This document shows, piece after piece, positions 1 through 14,330 of a DNA stretch of 64,000 bases. The notes below the pieces were generated by a model. It had not been told where the DNA came from and did no database searches. It was given only the letters and a program-made list of their open reading frames with translations. The first letter of the stretch is position 1. Each line of letters starts with the position of its first letter. The position numbers were made by a program, and so were the translations under genes. The stretch is taken from the NCBI GenBank assembly GCA_907165135.1, contig OU015567.1, positions 13,516,001 to 13,580,000 of the forward strand, read 5' to 3'. The stretch is from Oikopleura dioica. Taxonomy: Eukaryota; Animalia; Chordata.

Positions 1-375
1 CTGAGGAGCTAGAGGCTCTTGAAGTTCGGGAACTCGACAAAAATTGAGTACTTTTTCACAAAAAGTACACCATTTGTGTCACAAATGCCTCCAAAAGACT
101 CTTTATTTATGTTTCTTCATTAAAAAATGTTAAAGGAATCACTTGGGGTCATCCGAGGTCAGATCGGGTCACTCATGACAGTTTTCCAAATTTTTCATAA
201 TTTCTGACCTAGAGTGACCTCGGATGACCCCAAATGATTCCTTTAACATTTTTTAATGAAGAAACATAGATAAAGAGTCTTTTGGAGGCATTTGTGACAC
301 AAATGGTGTACTTTTTGTGAAAAAGTACTCAATTTTTGTCGAGTTCCCGAACTTCAAGAGCCTCTAGCTCCTCAG
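1..375. repeat. Long inverted repeat (161-bp arms, 53-bp loop), part of a fold-back/MITE-like element truncated by the window edge
   Basis: Bases 1-161 are the near-perfect reverse complement of 215-375 (CTGAGGAGCTAGAGG... / ...CCTCTAGCTCCTCAG). Confidence 0.9.
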
Positions 376-711
376 GAACCCCCGGGTCTCAGTACTTTTC
401 TATATCTCAAAATGACCGTCAGAGCCTGGGCTACAATTCTAGTACAGTCGCTGGCTCTAAAGGGGCGGTCTGGGCGTTCAAAAATTCCAATTTCCGAAGT
501 TGGCCGGATTTTGGGACTTCAGAGGTGCCTAAATGCCCTCAGGGTACGAGTTGACCCCCCACTATCAATAGTCAAAATGATCCCCAGCTTCTGGGGATTC
601 TAAATCTGTATTATAACCTCACCCTTCTAAGCCAGAAAAAAAGCTTAATTATTAGTGATTTCCCCTACCTATCCGACGGTAAAAGAAGCTGCTCGGGTTA
701 GTGAAATTTAC

Positions 712-1055
712 CTTGAATTCCTCTTCGCCAAAGTTGAAGAGAATGACGCCAACGTTTCCTCGATAGTCCTGGTCAACGACACCTGCGCCTACATCAATGC
801 CTTTCTTGTAAGCAAGGCCCGATCGTGGGGCGATTCGGCCGTAGCAACCATCGGGAAGCGCAACCTTAAAATTGTTACAAATTTGAAGAAAAATCCAATT
901 CGTACCTGAATATCGGTCTTGATCAGAGCTCGACCCTTGGCAGGAACAATCTTCTCCTCGGCAGAGTAGAGATCCAGTCCAGCGGCGTAATCAGATCCCC
1001 GAGAAGGAGTAGTGGCGTTTTCGGAGAGCTTGTGGAATTTCATTTCAATCGACAT
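712..1055 (-). CDS. DUT: dUTPase, exons 1-2 (3' exon(s) not found in window)
   Basis: Exons 1055-906 and 864-712 with a 41-bp GT-AG intron translate to ...[15 protein letters not shown]...[38 protein letters not shown], i.e. dUTPase motifs I-III. A GT donor at 711 has no matching GDRIAQL exon downstream within the window. Confidence 0.92.
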
Positions 1056-1271
1056 TTTTTCTGACTCTGAAACGTTTTTATCACGAGAGGGATTTAACTA
1101 GAAACAAGGTAGATTCGTGTGTTTCAGATGGATAATAATAAGTTTGTTGAAGGCAAACAGTGGTATTGAATAGTCAAGTAAAATAAAAATATAATCTAAG
1201 ATGTGCGTTGGAATAAAATTTGTGATATAGGTTCACTCAAACAGATTGACATATTTTGGTTGTTCGTTTCG

Positions 1272-1751
1272 CTACTGTACGAGGACACCTTGCTGTTTAG
1301 CGGCGGCTTGAGCGGCGCCTGGTGGAGCTTGGCCCTTGATCATGATGTTGTGCTTTTCTCGGTAAGCGGTGATTTCTAAAGAGAGTTAGAGCCAGAAAGT
1401 TGAGAAATAATTACCTTTGGCTTTGAGATTCATCTGCTGTTCCAAAGAAGTCATGACATTTGCCAAGCCAGTGACTTGATTTTCCAGCGCAGGAAGAACG
1501 TCGCCAACATTACGCTCTGTTAAAACGCCGCCTGAGAAAATGTATAAATGTCATGTCAAAGAAATAATATACGAACCAACAAGTCGCCAGCACTTTCTAT
1601 CGGCGGAAACGTTCTTCAATGTCTCGGCAACAATTTCGTGCTCGCCCTTTTCCATTCGAATCTCCGCAAGCTTGGTCTGGAGTTGTCTTTGTTGATTGCA
1701 AAGCAACTGAAAGTGCTGGATGAGTTCTTCTTTGCTTGGCTGGCCGCTCAT
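1272..1751 (-). CDS. PFDN2: Prefoldin subunit 2 (3 exons)
   Basis: Introns 1576-1532 and 1414-1376 (GT-AG) join to give ...RKCWRLVGGVLTERNVGDVLPALENQ...QGVLVQ*, the PFDN2 signature. Confidence 0.92.
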
Positions 1752-2475
1752 TCTGTAACGATTCTCTCTATGAATGACTGAGAATGGAGATGAAAATAAG
1801 TTGGTCTAGCGAGTCTAGAGAATTTCAAAAGGAAAAGGTGGAATTTTTGGAGAATCTTGGAGTCATTTTTATTCATTAAATAAAAAGCCTTTTTAAAAGC
1901 CCATAAATATAAAAGCAACTCGGTAGGTGAAGAAATAATGATGACAGAGAAATAATTTTAAAGAAAAAAGCTTCATAAGCGAGTTCTAATGTTTTGTTGA
2001 TAGGAAGCAGGTTGTTGTCGAGGAAAATAAGAAACGAAATAAGCAAAAATATAAAAAGCAGTTTCAATAAAACGAAATACAGTAGTGGTAATGATTTGAG
2101 TTAAGTTTTTTTTCAGTTTTGTATTTTCTCCGAAGAGTTTTTTTTTATGTCTTTTGAGGTCCGTTATTTTTTTTTTATCTGAAGGTCGATAAACACCTAT
2201 TTTTTGAAAGAAACTCGTTATTTTAGTGCAGAAAAATAGTGTCACAAAAACATTTAATTAGTTAACTTGACGAGTTCCTTTTAGTTCTGACCTCGAGTAG
2301 TGTGTCTAAAAAAGAAAATTAACTTGAAAAGGTACGACTGGCACAGAAAAAAAGCGCCGTCGTCGATGAATCTCAATAAGTCGCGGAAAATATACCAGCC
2401 GTCGGTACTAGTTACTATCTAAATAACAAGCAGAAAAAAGGGGAATGGTGGCAGTTTGATGAAAACGAGGTACTG

Positions 2476-4433
<1,958 letters not shown>

Positions 4434-5241
4434 CTTATAAAACGAAAAAAATAAAGGTTATGACCGAGGAAACGACGTGAAGTGAATAAGTTTGAACGCT
4501 ATAGTTTCTTCATGATTTATGGTTTTTAACTTATAATTCTCGGGATTATTCATTTTCCCTCGAAATTTCAAGCAAAAGATTGTCGTTTGAATCGAAGATA
4601 AATTGATCACTACGGATTGTTCAATAAATAGTGATTAGTCGACAAATTTCAAAAGTTGACAGCCGCTTTTTAAAATTGAAATAGATTGAACGTTTTAGCA
4701 CTATTCAACTTGAATTTCATTTATAAAATTTATGTGGAAAACATTCCTGGACACGCCAGATCTTTCTTCGTCATTGACGTCCATCTTTTTTGACTTTTGA
4801 TCTCTTTTTCGTTATTTTCGAATAAATGGAAAATGGTAAACTAGAGATTATTTCTTTTCTAATGATAAATAGACTTGAGATGTGCTTATCAGCTCGTAGT
4901 GATAAGCAACAGAGGTTATGGCCAAAACAGGGCGCAATCAAGGTTTATTTCAGCAGAAGGAAAGCCAACCAGTCACTAAATCAATGGAGCGGGCTGATTG
5001 GCCACCAAAGAGCGCGCTTGGCCAACCAGAGCTGTGCGTACGTGGCCTTGCAGACAAGAAGGCAGAAGAGTGAGGTTACAGAGACCCCGACTGACCTTTT
5101 TTCGGAAGAATAGCATAAACAATAGAAAAGCTCTTGCTTGTTTAGGTCTGGGTCAATTTGTGATTGGGATTTATGTTTGCTTTTTTTAAAATTTACTTAT
5201 CGACCCAATAGAAGAAGAATCTCTCAATAAAAAGAAAGAAA
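4434..5241. promoter_or_regulatory. Putative bidirectional promoter between SPOP and the MALSU1 gene run
   Basis: Divergent gene orientation; CCAAT-type box CTGATTGGCC at about 4994-5003 within a GC-richer patch. Confidence 0.4.
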
Positions 5242-5908
5242 ATGTCGAATTTGTCGCTTGGGCTCAAGAAAAACCTCTGCGTTTGGAAAATCAGCCGTCG
5301 AGCGATTCAAATTTCTCATTCTTTCAAATTTGTTGAAACAAGTTCTCTCCGAAATCGCAGAAATTTCGACGCTGAAAAGATGGAGATGAAATCGGCGATC
5401 AGAACGCGCGAATCTGTCTTTTCCATCGAAAAAGTCGTCGAAATTCTGAAGCAAGAAGCAGTTCTCGATCTTTGTGTAATAAAAGTGCCACCGGAGAGGA
5501 GATATGTCGAGTACTTTGTCATTTGCTCCCCGAGGAATGATTCGCAGCTGATTTCTGTTCCTGCTGCCTTGAGTGCGATGTACAAAGAAGTTTTTGGAGA
5601 AAGAAAATATGTAGAAGGACTTGGGGATGGAACGAAACCGCCTGAGTGGACTGTCATCGACTTAGGTACAGTCAGATTCGATTCAACGAAAGTTCTAGAA
5701 CAGGTTATATTATAAATTAGGAAACATCGTCGTGCACACAATGAACGAAGACGTCCGCGAATTATACAACCTCGAAAATTTGTGGCTCTTCGGCCCAGAG
5801 TTCGACCAGCAAAACATGGAGTTCACGGATAAAATTAAAGAAAATGTTTTCAACGAGATCAACGAAAAAAAGCAAAAGCGACAAGATGACTGGGCATTTT
5901 TCCAGTGA
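5242..5908 (+). CDS. MALSU1: Mitochondrial ribosome assembly factor MALSU1 (RsfS/Iojap family), 2 exons
   Basis: IEKVVEILKQEAVLDLCVIKVPPERRYVEYFVICS...WTVIDLG|NIVVHTMNEDVRELYNLENLW after one GT-AG intron. Confidence 0.9.
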
Positions 5909-6011
5909 TACATTTTTTGTTCGTTTCTGTCTTCTGCTGTGCTCAGCGAAAAAGACTCTTGCCTGTAAAAAGGCGATCGAGGTTGATACTAAACGAGTTA
6001 TATTTCAGAAA

Positions 6012-7003
6012 ATGGCGTTAGAGCAGCTTCTTTGGGATTCCGGCGCGACTGAGAGCTGGATTGGCGGCCGATCGACGCTTTTTGAGCGAGAAGAAGATAA
6101 GGTCCAGGAGAAGGACGTTGATTTCCTCCGAAATGTCGAAGGCCCACCAGAGAACATGGTCAGCCCGCCGTTCAGCAACCCTCAGCTTCATTTGGACCAG
6201 AACTTTGGCGATGACAAGCCGGTCAAGATCAAGTTCAACCACGGTACTACTTGCTTGGCTTTTAAATTCAAGGTAAAATCTGCTATCAGCTCACCTTACT
6301 TCAAACAAAATCCTAGCACGGTGTGATGGTCGCTACCGATTCCCGAGCCACTGCTGGTGGTTACATCGCTTCTCAAGAAGTCAAGAAGGTCATTGAAATC
6401 AACCCCTATCTTTTGGGAACAATGGCAGGCGGTGCTGCTGATTGCCAGTTCTGGGAACGGGTCCTCGCCATGGAATGCCGCCTTTACGAACTCCGAAATA
6501 AGGAACGAATTTCTGTCGCCGCTGCTTCCAAGCTTTTGGCGAACATGGTCTACCAGTACAAGGGAATGGGTCTTTCTATGGGAACCATGGTCTGCGGCTG
6601 GGACAAGAAGGGACCTGGTCTTTACTACGTCGATGATGGCGGACAGCGACTTGAGGGTAAATTTCTTTTATCGAGTAAAGCATTTATGAATTTAAGGATC
6701 CCTCTTCTCTGTCGGTTCCGGTTCTCTCTTCGCCTATGGTGTCCTTGACGAAGGATACTCCTACGATCTTGAGGTCGAAGCTGCCAAGGACCTCGCTGTC
6801 CGCTCGATTTACCACGCCACCTACCGAGATGCTGCTTCTGGCGGTTTTGTCAACTGTAAGACTATCATTTGACTCCCTAATTCTTACTTTACCTTCAAGT
6901 GTACCACATGAAAGAAACTGGCTGGGAGCACTGCGGCTGGATGGACGTTAAGGAGCTTCACTGGAAGTACCACGACGAGAAGGTTGCCCGAGCTCGTCAA
7001 TAA
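6012..7003 (+). CDS. PSMB5: 20S proteasome subunit beta-5 with propeptide (4 exons)
   Basis: [59 protein letters not shown]; ATG preceded by a TTTCAG acceptor. Confidence 0.96.
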
Positions 7004-7147
7004 AAACCCTCGACTGAAACTTCTGACGACAAGATATTTTGCAATTCCTGTTCTGCACTATTACATGTTCAAATTTCCCTCGATTAAATTTCATCCACTT
7101 ACTCGAATTGTGTTCATCTTAATAAGAGCATCAGTTAAGAAATCGTC

Positions 7148-9099
7148 ATGTTAGGAGATTACCTCTCCATGACCAATTTGGTCTCGGTCTTGTTCCTCGC
7201 TTACATGGGGAACAATATCGTGAATTTGGGCAAGTTTTGGTTTCCGGAGTTGTGCGAGCAAGACGCCAAGTTGAAGGATTGTGTCAGGCCAATGAGTTTT
7301 CCCGAGGATCAATTGTTCACTGCCGAGATTTGGTTTGTCAGATCGTTTCAGCGTCAATACTCCGATGATAAAATGATCCACAGAATTGTCGATCTCGATC
7401 TCCGCGCTGATGAATTCATCCACAAGATGAATGTTACATTGCCAGCTCCTGCGATGAAAAACGGAACCTTCTTTGCTCGAGTAGATCTCTATCCGAATGG
7501 CCAAAGAGAACACACAGTTTCTCACGGTGGCAAGATGATTTCTCATCAAGTGCCTGTCCGATACATTAACTTGCTTGGTGATGGAGAGGATCTCCAACAG
7601 TCTGGCTTCGAAAAAACTGCCCATTTGAGATCAAAACTGGAGTTCAATGTTATGACGGAGAAGTTGTCCTTTCCGAAGAACAAAGTTCCCCCAGAGATTC
7701 GATATTTGATGCGTTTTGACAGAGAGAAAATTCACTACAAGCCTGTTGTCTATGTTTCTGAGGTACTTATATCTTTCTTACTACCGGTAATGAATTACTA
7801 GCTCAATTTCCGAACTGAAGAACTCAAGGAAATCGAGAAAAACAAGGACGAAATGGAGCTTACTATCCGATACCGCCCCGTGGGAATCGGAAAATTCCGA
7901 TTTATGTCGAACATGGAGCGCTCTCTCCTAGGGTTTCAGGATATGGGATTTCAGGAGAAAGATGTCGACGATGTCAAGGGACTGATCGTCGATACTGAAA
8001 TGTCGATTCTTTTGCTCACTTTCACTGTCTCTGCGTTTCATCTTCTTTTCGACGCTCTTGGTAAAAGTTTGCAGTTTTAATTTGTTTTCAATTTGTTTCA
8101 AGCTTTCAAAAACGATGTTTCTTACTGGCGAAAACGAGAGAGTATGGCTGGCCTTTCAATTCGATCTGTTGCCTTCCAGACAATTTCCACTCTGATAATC
8201 TTTATCCATTTGCTCCACGAAGACACCTCGCTACTTGTTTCCGGTCCGATGGGAGTTAGGTAATGAAAAATCAAAATACAGAACACTAAAATTGCCCTTT
8301 CAGCGTCTTTATCGAAGCGTGGAAGCTAATCAAAGCCATGGGTCTACGAAAACAAGACATGGACAAAGGCTCGGAGACGGAAGAGTATGATCGAGAGATT
8401 ATGAAGAAGCTCTCGTATGTGTTGGTTCCTCTTTGCGTCGGTGGTGCTATTTATTCGTTGTTTTATGTTCCACACAAGAGCTGGTACGGCTGGGTTCTCG
8501 AGAGCTTGGTCAACGGAGTTTACGCCTTTGGATTCTTATTCATGCTTCCGCAGTTGTTCATCAACTATAAAATGTAGGAAAATAACCCGTTTCAAGTTTG
8601 CTATTAATTTTTCTAGGAAATCTGTTGCTCATCTTCCATGGAAAGCGTTTATGTACAAAGCATTCAACACATTCATCGATGATGTTTTCGCCTTCATCAT
8701 CAAAATGCCGACAACTCACAGGATCGCCTGTTTCCGAGATGACATCGTCTTCTTCTGCTACCTCTACCAGGGAAGGATTTATTAGGACATATTTACGAGC
8801 GCGTGATGCATGAAAAAACAACCTCTGTAATACGACGTTATTAATTTTAATGAGCTCCGTAAGCGATCTCTATAGGAAAGAGAGCTAATATTAGGATAGT
8901 GTGAAATCCTTGAAATCAGAGATACCTCTATCCAGTCGATAAATCGAGAGTTAATGAATTTGGCTTTTCGGCGGAGGACGAAGAAAAAGAGAAACTGCGA
9001 AGAGACTCAGAAAGTTCAGATTCGGAAGCAGAATCGGAAAGTGAGTCTGTCGGAAGCTCGGCAGAAGCGAAAACACTCGCTCAAAAGAAAGATGAATAG
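7148..9099 (+). CDS. CLPTM1L: CLPTM1-like lipid scramblase, multi-exon
   Basis: KSVAHLPWKAFMYKAFNTFIDDVFAFIIKMPTTHRIACFRDD...LYQ|RYLYPVDKSRVNEFG; the last intron 8771-8919 is GG-AG. Confidence 0.92.
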
Positions 9100-9283
9100 C
9101 GAAATTCACCAATTAAAAAGTCTTTTCAAAAAGTTCCACTCAATTTTTTCTGTAGTTTAGTTTCATCGAGCATTATCGTTTATCTGTAAAGTTAGCTGCA
9201 ATTTATGATCATGTGTGCAATCTGAGATATTTATTAAAATTTCAAAAAAATTAAAGGAACGAAGATGGGATTTTAAGAATGCG

Positions 9284-12200
9284 ATGGGAGAGTATGAAGT
9301 CGTCCCTCGACAGTTACATGCTTTTGAGGAGGTTAAGAAGAGGTAACACTTAATCGGCACTATGATTGCTAGGAAGTCTAACTGAATCTCGTCGGTTAAT
9401 ATCCGTTGGCGAAATATTTAGATTTGATTTTTTAAAGAACTTTACGGTTTTTTTAACTTCGCTTTCAGATACAGCGCCGCTATCAACAGGCAGCTAAAAC
9501 TTCCTCCTAATTCAATCTCGACAACTAAATATTCGTTCCTGTTATTCATACCGAAGAACCTTTTCGAACAGTTTCATCGTTTCGCCAATATATATTTCGG
9601 TAAGCGTGCTTTCAATCGCTTGAATCATCATTTGAATTTAGTGTTTATATGTATCATAAATTTCGTTCCGCAAGTGGACGCGATCAGTCCCCTTCTCTCC
9701 CTGGTGCCTGTTATTTGCATTCTCGCCTTTACTTCAATCAAAGATGCAGTCGAAGACTACCGAAGACACCTATCAGACAAACAGATCAACTCACAACTTT
9801 GCCTTGTAAAAACTTCAGAAGATACAACAGTCCGAAAGTCCTGGGAGTCGCTCAAAGTTGGCGATATTATTCAAATTGGACTCAATGAAGAGATTCCAGG
9901 TTTGTTAAAATTGAGCCCCATATTTTAATATCTGTTAAGCCGATTGTCTACTCATCGATTCTTCAAACGAGGCGAACATTTGTTTCCTCGAAACGGCCAA
10001 TCTAGACGGAGAAACCAACCTCAAGCAAAAAGATGTCGTCGATGTCGACGAATACGCACAAGAAGAAAATACTTGCGCCATGTTTCCCTTTATTTTAAAA
10101 ACTGACAAGCCCAATCCAGACCTTACAAGCTTCAAAGGATATCTTGTGCCTTACGACCAATCCGAACAAGAATGTGAAAACAAGATTCTCGTCAAAAATA
10201 GAAACGTACTCTACAGAGGGTGTATTTTGCGCAATACTGATCAAATCGAGGCGCTTATTATTTACGCTGGGAAGAACACAAAAGCTGTATTGAGCAATAA
10301 TGATCCACCAAGGTAAATATCTCTAATATCGAAAAGATTCTCTTTGTTGATTGCAATTTATTATTTTTTCAGCAAAACATCTTACATGGAGCGCCTCATG
10401 AACCGCGATGTTATTTGGTGCGTCGTGATTCTCCTGATTTTGTGCATGAGTGGCGCAGTCGCAGGAGTTCTATGGGAAAGAGACGCACATACGAGCCAGC
10501 TGAAAGGAAATTGGTATATTCCACGAGAAAACGAAGATGAAGACAACGCGAATGCCACATCTACCGAGTTATTTCTAGTTGGATTCTTTATGTTTCTTCG
10601 GATGATTGTGCTTCTGCAGATCCTCATCCCATTGTCGCTCTATATTACTATTGAGATCGTCAAGCTCTTTCAAGCTTTCTTTATCAGCAACGATTTGGAA
10701 ATGTACTCAGAAGAATTCGACGCTGGTGTGGTTTGCCGCTCCCTCAACATCACCGAGGAACTTGGAAACATTCAAGCCATCTTTTCAGACAAAACAGGAA
10801 CACTCACTGAAAACCAAATGATCTTCCGCTGCGCGTCTGTGAAAGAAACCAATTACGAACACGCCGCGAACACCAAATTAATTTTGAAGACGAAGTCAAA
10901 AACAGAAATATCCGACGGCGAGAACCTCGAAACTGGTGGCCGATCTGTCCGAAAACCAAAGTCAGCTCACTTTCGTAAAATAACTGAAGATCAACGACAT
11001 GCGACTAAAAGTCCGGAGCCAAGCGAAACTGAGAATTATGACCCAGAAATCAATGTCTTTCCTGACTCGGAGCTTCTTTTGAAGCTAAAATCTTTCGATG
11101 AAACCGATGTGGACATTCGCAATTTCTTCCTATGCCTGTCTTGCTGTAATTCTGTCGTTCTTACGATGGAGCAGCGTGGGAAGAAGATCAAAGATGCTCC
11201 GGAAACGCCAAAAACTAGAACACCTCTTGACTCTGTGCGGGATAGTTTTTCAACTCTCGGGCGGAAACTGAAAAGTGTGCCAAAGAAAATGAAGCGTCGA
11301 AAGAAAAGTAAATCATCGCAAAAATCTAACGAACAGCCCGAGGAGAATCTGACTACTGTAAATGAAAGAGCTATCAAGCCAAATACTGTTGATACGGAAC
11401 GGAAAGTCGAAGGGATTGCAAATCCTACCTTTTCTCCTGACTCTCCAATTCGAGCACAAGTTGATAGAGCGCAACTTAGACTCGACTTTACGGCACCTAA
11501 ACATCTCATATTTGCGGATGACAATAATGAAAGAGCAGACTTCCTGAAAGAAAAAGATGTTTTGTACGAATCAGAAAGTCCAGATGAAGCAGCACTTGTA
11601 TACGCATCGAAAGCGTACGGAGTTACACTCATGGCTCGGAGCGAGCGCAGCGTGCGTATCACGTGGCCGCGCGAAGGGGTGAAAACATTCAAGTGTAGAT
11701 ATGTTTTGCCGTTTGACTCGAGCAGGAAAATGATGAGTGTGATTCTGGAAGACCCAGATGAACCAAGTGGATCATTAATTTTGACGAAGGGAGCAGATTC
11801 TGCCGTGTTTTCAAGAGTGAAAAACAATTCTGATGTTACCAAAGATCACGTAGATTCTTACGCTGATGAAGGGTTGAGAACACTTTGCCTTGCGTATAGA
11901 AGAATATCGCAGCAAGAAACGCTCGATATCATAAAAGAGCTCGCTGATGCAGAGATTTCTGGAGACGAGCAAGCCCTATCTACTGCATTTTCCTTGGTTG
12001 AAAAAGATCTTCACTTGGTCGGTGCGACGGCGATCGAGGACCGGCTTCAAGACGGTGTCGAAGACTAGGGTCGGACTTCCTTCCTTAATTTTTTGCTTAC
12101 TAAGGGTCCTTCCCTTAGTAAGGTAAGGATTTTTTCCTTACCCTTTTTCGGATTTCAGCTGAAAAAAATCCTTACCATAGTTCCTTTCTGAGTTTTCAGA

Positions 12201-14330
12201 GATCCTTAGTAAGGATCTTCAATCCTTAGCGATTTTTCCTTAATTCCTTTCCTTACTAAGGATTTTAAGTATTTAAAGTATTTTTTCGACGGCCTACGCA
12301 TTTGGAGGGCGCTTTTATTAAAAAACCATTTCACAAGCCTTAGTAAGGAAAGGAATTAACCCTATCTCGAGCGCGAGCACACGGCCATGAGCTCGCCCAT
12401 CTAGAGAAAAAATGTCAGTTCATTCTCTCTCTCTCTTGTCTGTGCTGAGGGCTAGGGTCGGCGCCGACCACCCTTTTTCACGGTCGGATCGGGACGGGTC
12501 ACCCCCCAAAATGACCAAAGAGGCTTGCGATGATCAGGACTGTTTTATTTACTGTCTTACAGACCAGCTTTTTTTCAATTAATGCCCTTCGCACAGACAA
12601 GAGAGAGAATGAAATGACATTTTTTCTCTAGATGGGCGAGCTCACGGCCGTGTGCTCGCGCTCGAGATAGGATAATTTTGAATGCTCGAGACAGGGTTAA
12701 GGACGAGTTGTGAAGGAATTTAAGAAAAATGTCTCTTGCCAACTTACTGACTGCAAAAAAATAACCAATTGTTCGAAATATAGGGTCGCTGACTTAAATA
12801 AATGCTATTTTCATCAATAAGAACATTTTTGCAAATCGTACCTTATCAAATCCTTACTAAGGTTACTAAGGCCTTAGTAAGGAAGGCCCTTAGTCCTTCC
12901 TTAGGCCTTTCTTGATTTTCATCAAAATCAAAACCCATACCCTTAGTAACTAAGGAAACCTTAGTAAGGGGTCCGACCCTAGGTCGAAGAATCAATAAGA
13001 ATAATCCGAGAAGCAAAGATAAAATTATGGGTCCTCACGGGAGATAAAGTTCAAACAGCCGTTGAAGTAGGCCGTAGCTGTAATTTAATAAAACGCACGG
13101 ATCATCTGCAATATCTGATTCAAGAAGATGTGGACGATGCGCTCAGACAGTTTCTGAAGATGCGCGGTCACGACGATCCAGATAAACTTGCTAGCAGCGT
13201 CCTTGTCATTTCAGGCAGCAACTTGGAGTATATTTTGGCGAATGAGATGAAGAAATTCATCAAATTCTGCAACCTCTTTGGAGCCGTTTTGTGCTGCAGA
13301 ACGACGCCGAAATTAAAAGGAGATGTTGTTGCTTCGGTGCGACAGGTGCTCAATTTAAGAAGCTTGAGCATCGGTGACGGAGCGAACGATGTTACGATGA
13401 TTCAGGAGGCAAATATAGGTGTTGGCATTTCAGGGCACGAAGGCCGCCAAGCTGTTATGGCTAGTGACTACGCCATGCCTCGATTTAGGATGCTTCCTAG
13501 ACTCTTGCTCGTTCACGGACACTGGAACTACGCTAGAATAGCTCAGCTCATAGAATACTTCTTTTACAAAAACGCGTTATTCATCCTCTTGATCTTCATC
13601 TACCAAGGTTTCAGCGGCTGGTCTGGTGCCAATTTCATCCCTGACCTGTATCTGATTCTATTTATGCTTCTCTTTAACTCAATACCTCCCATCATAAACG
13701 CAACTATCGGTAAGTTCTTTTTGTTTGAAAAGCATTAACGACGGTTTAGATCGCTTTCTCCCTTCAAAACTTCTAATGAAAGAGCCAAGTTTATACCAAT
13801 ACTGCGCAGAGAACAAATCATACCAGCCTTTTCTTTTCTGGGTCGCGATGCTCGACTCAATTCTTCAAGCTTCTGTTCAATTCTTCATTCCGCTTGGGAT
13901 TTTCTATGATGCAAATCAATTCGCTATTGAAAGCACTATTAGTGTTTGGACTTTTGGCACCATCGTCGCAGCTGGGTAAGACTTAAAGTCATTCTAGCGG
14001 CTAAAATTTATTCCAAGATGTCTTTTGGCGACGTTTTTCCATCTTGGAATCGATACCATGAGCTGGACTTGGGTGCATATTTTCTTTCTTATCTTTTCAT
14101 ATGCTCTGTTTCTCGTAATCGGCTTAGCTTCAAACGCGCTACCTTCAACTGGTCAAAATGAATACTGGATAATGGAGTATCTCTTCTCCGACTTGTGGTC
14201 CTGGCTGACTGTACTCATGGTCGCATTTTTGTCTGTTCTACCGCGCTTTATCATCAAAGTACTCGCAAATACTTTTTCGCCGAGCGCCCAATACTTCTAC
14301 CGAGAAAAGCACTATCAAAGTAACCGCTAG
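9284..14330 (+). CDS. P4-ATPase phospholipid flippase (ATP10-like), interrupted by a transposon at 12065-12982
   Basis: NSISTTKYSFLLFIPKNLFEQFHRFANIYF, DGETNLK, DKTGTLTENQM, ESPDEAALV, GATAIEDRLQDGV, WVLTGDK, LSIGDGANDV, RLLLVHGHWNY. The start codon may lie further upstream. Confidence 0.93.
12065..12982. mobile_element. Non-autonomous hAT-like element (918 bp) in a coding exon
   Basis: 12-bp TIRs CTAGGGTCGGAC/GTCCGACCCTAG; 8-bp TSD GTCGAAGA (12057-12064, 12983-12990); many subterminal CCTTA(G/C)TAAGG repeats at both ends. Confidence 0.92.
12360..12696. mobile_element. piggyBac-like MITE nested in the hAT-like element
   Basis: TTAA on both sides (12356-12359, 12697-12700); ends CCCTATCTCGAGC / GCTCGAGACAGGG; about 85-bp inverted arms (12360-12445 vs 12591-12671). 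Confidence 0.88.

Noticed and set aside
5316-5741. 141-aa minus-strand ORF
   Set aside because: Antisense shadow of MALSU1 exon 1.
7151-7624. 157-aa minus-strand ORF
   Set aside because: Antisense shadow of CLPTM1L exon 1.
11036-11842. 268-aa minus-strand ORF
   Set aside because: Antisense shadow of the large P4-ATPase exon; no domain features.
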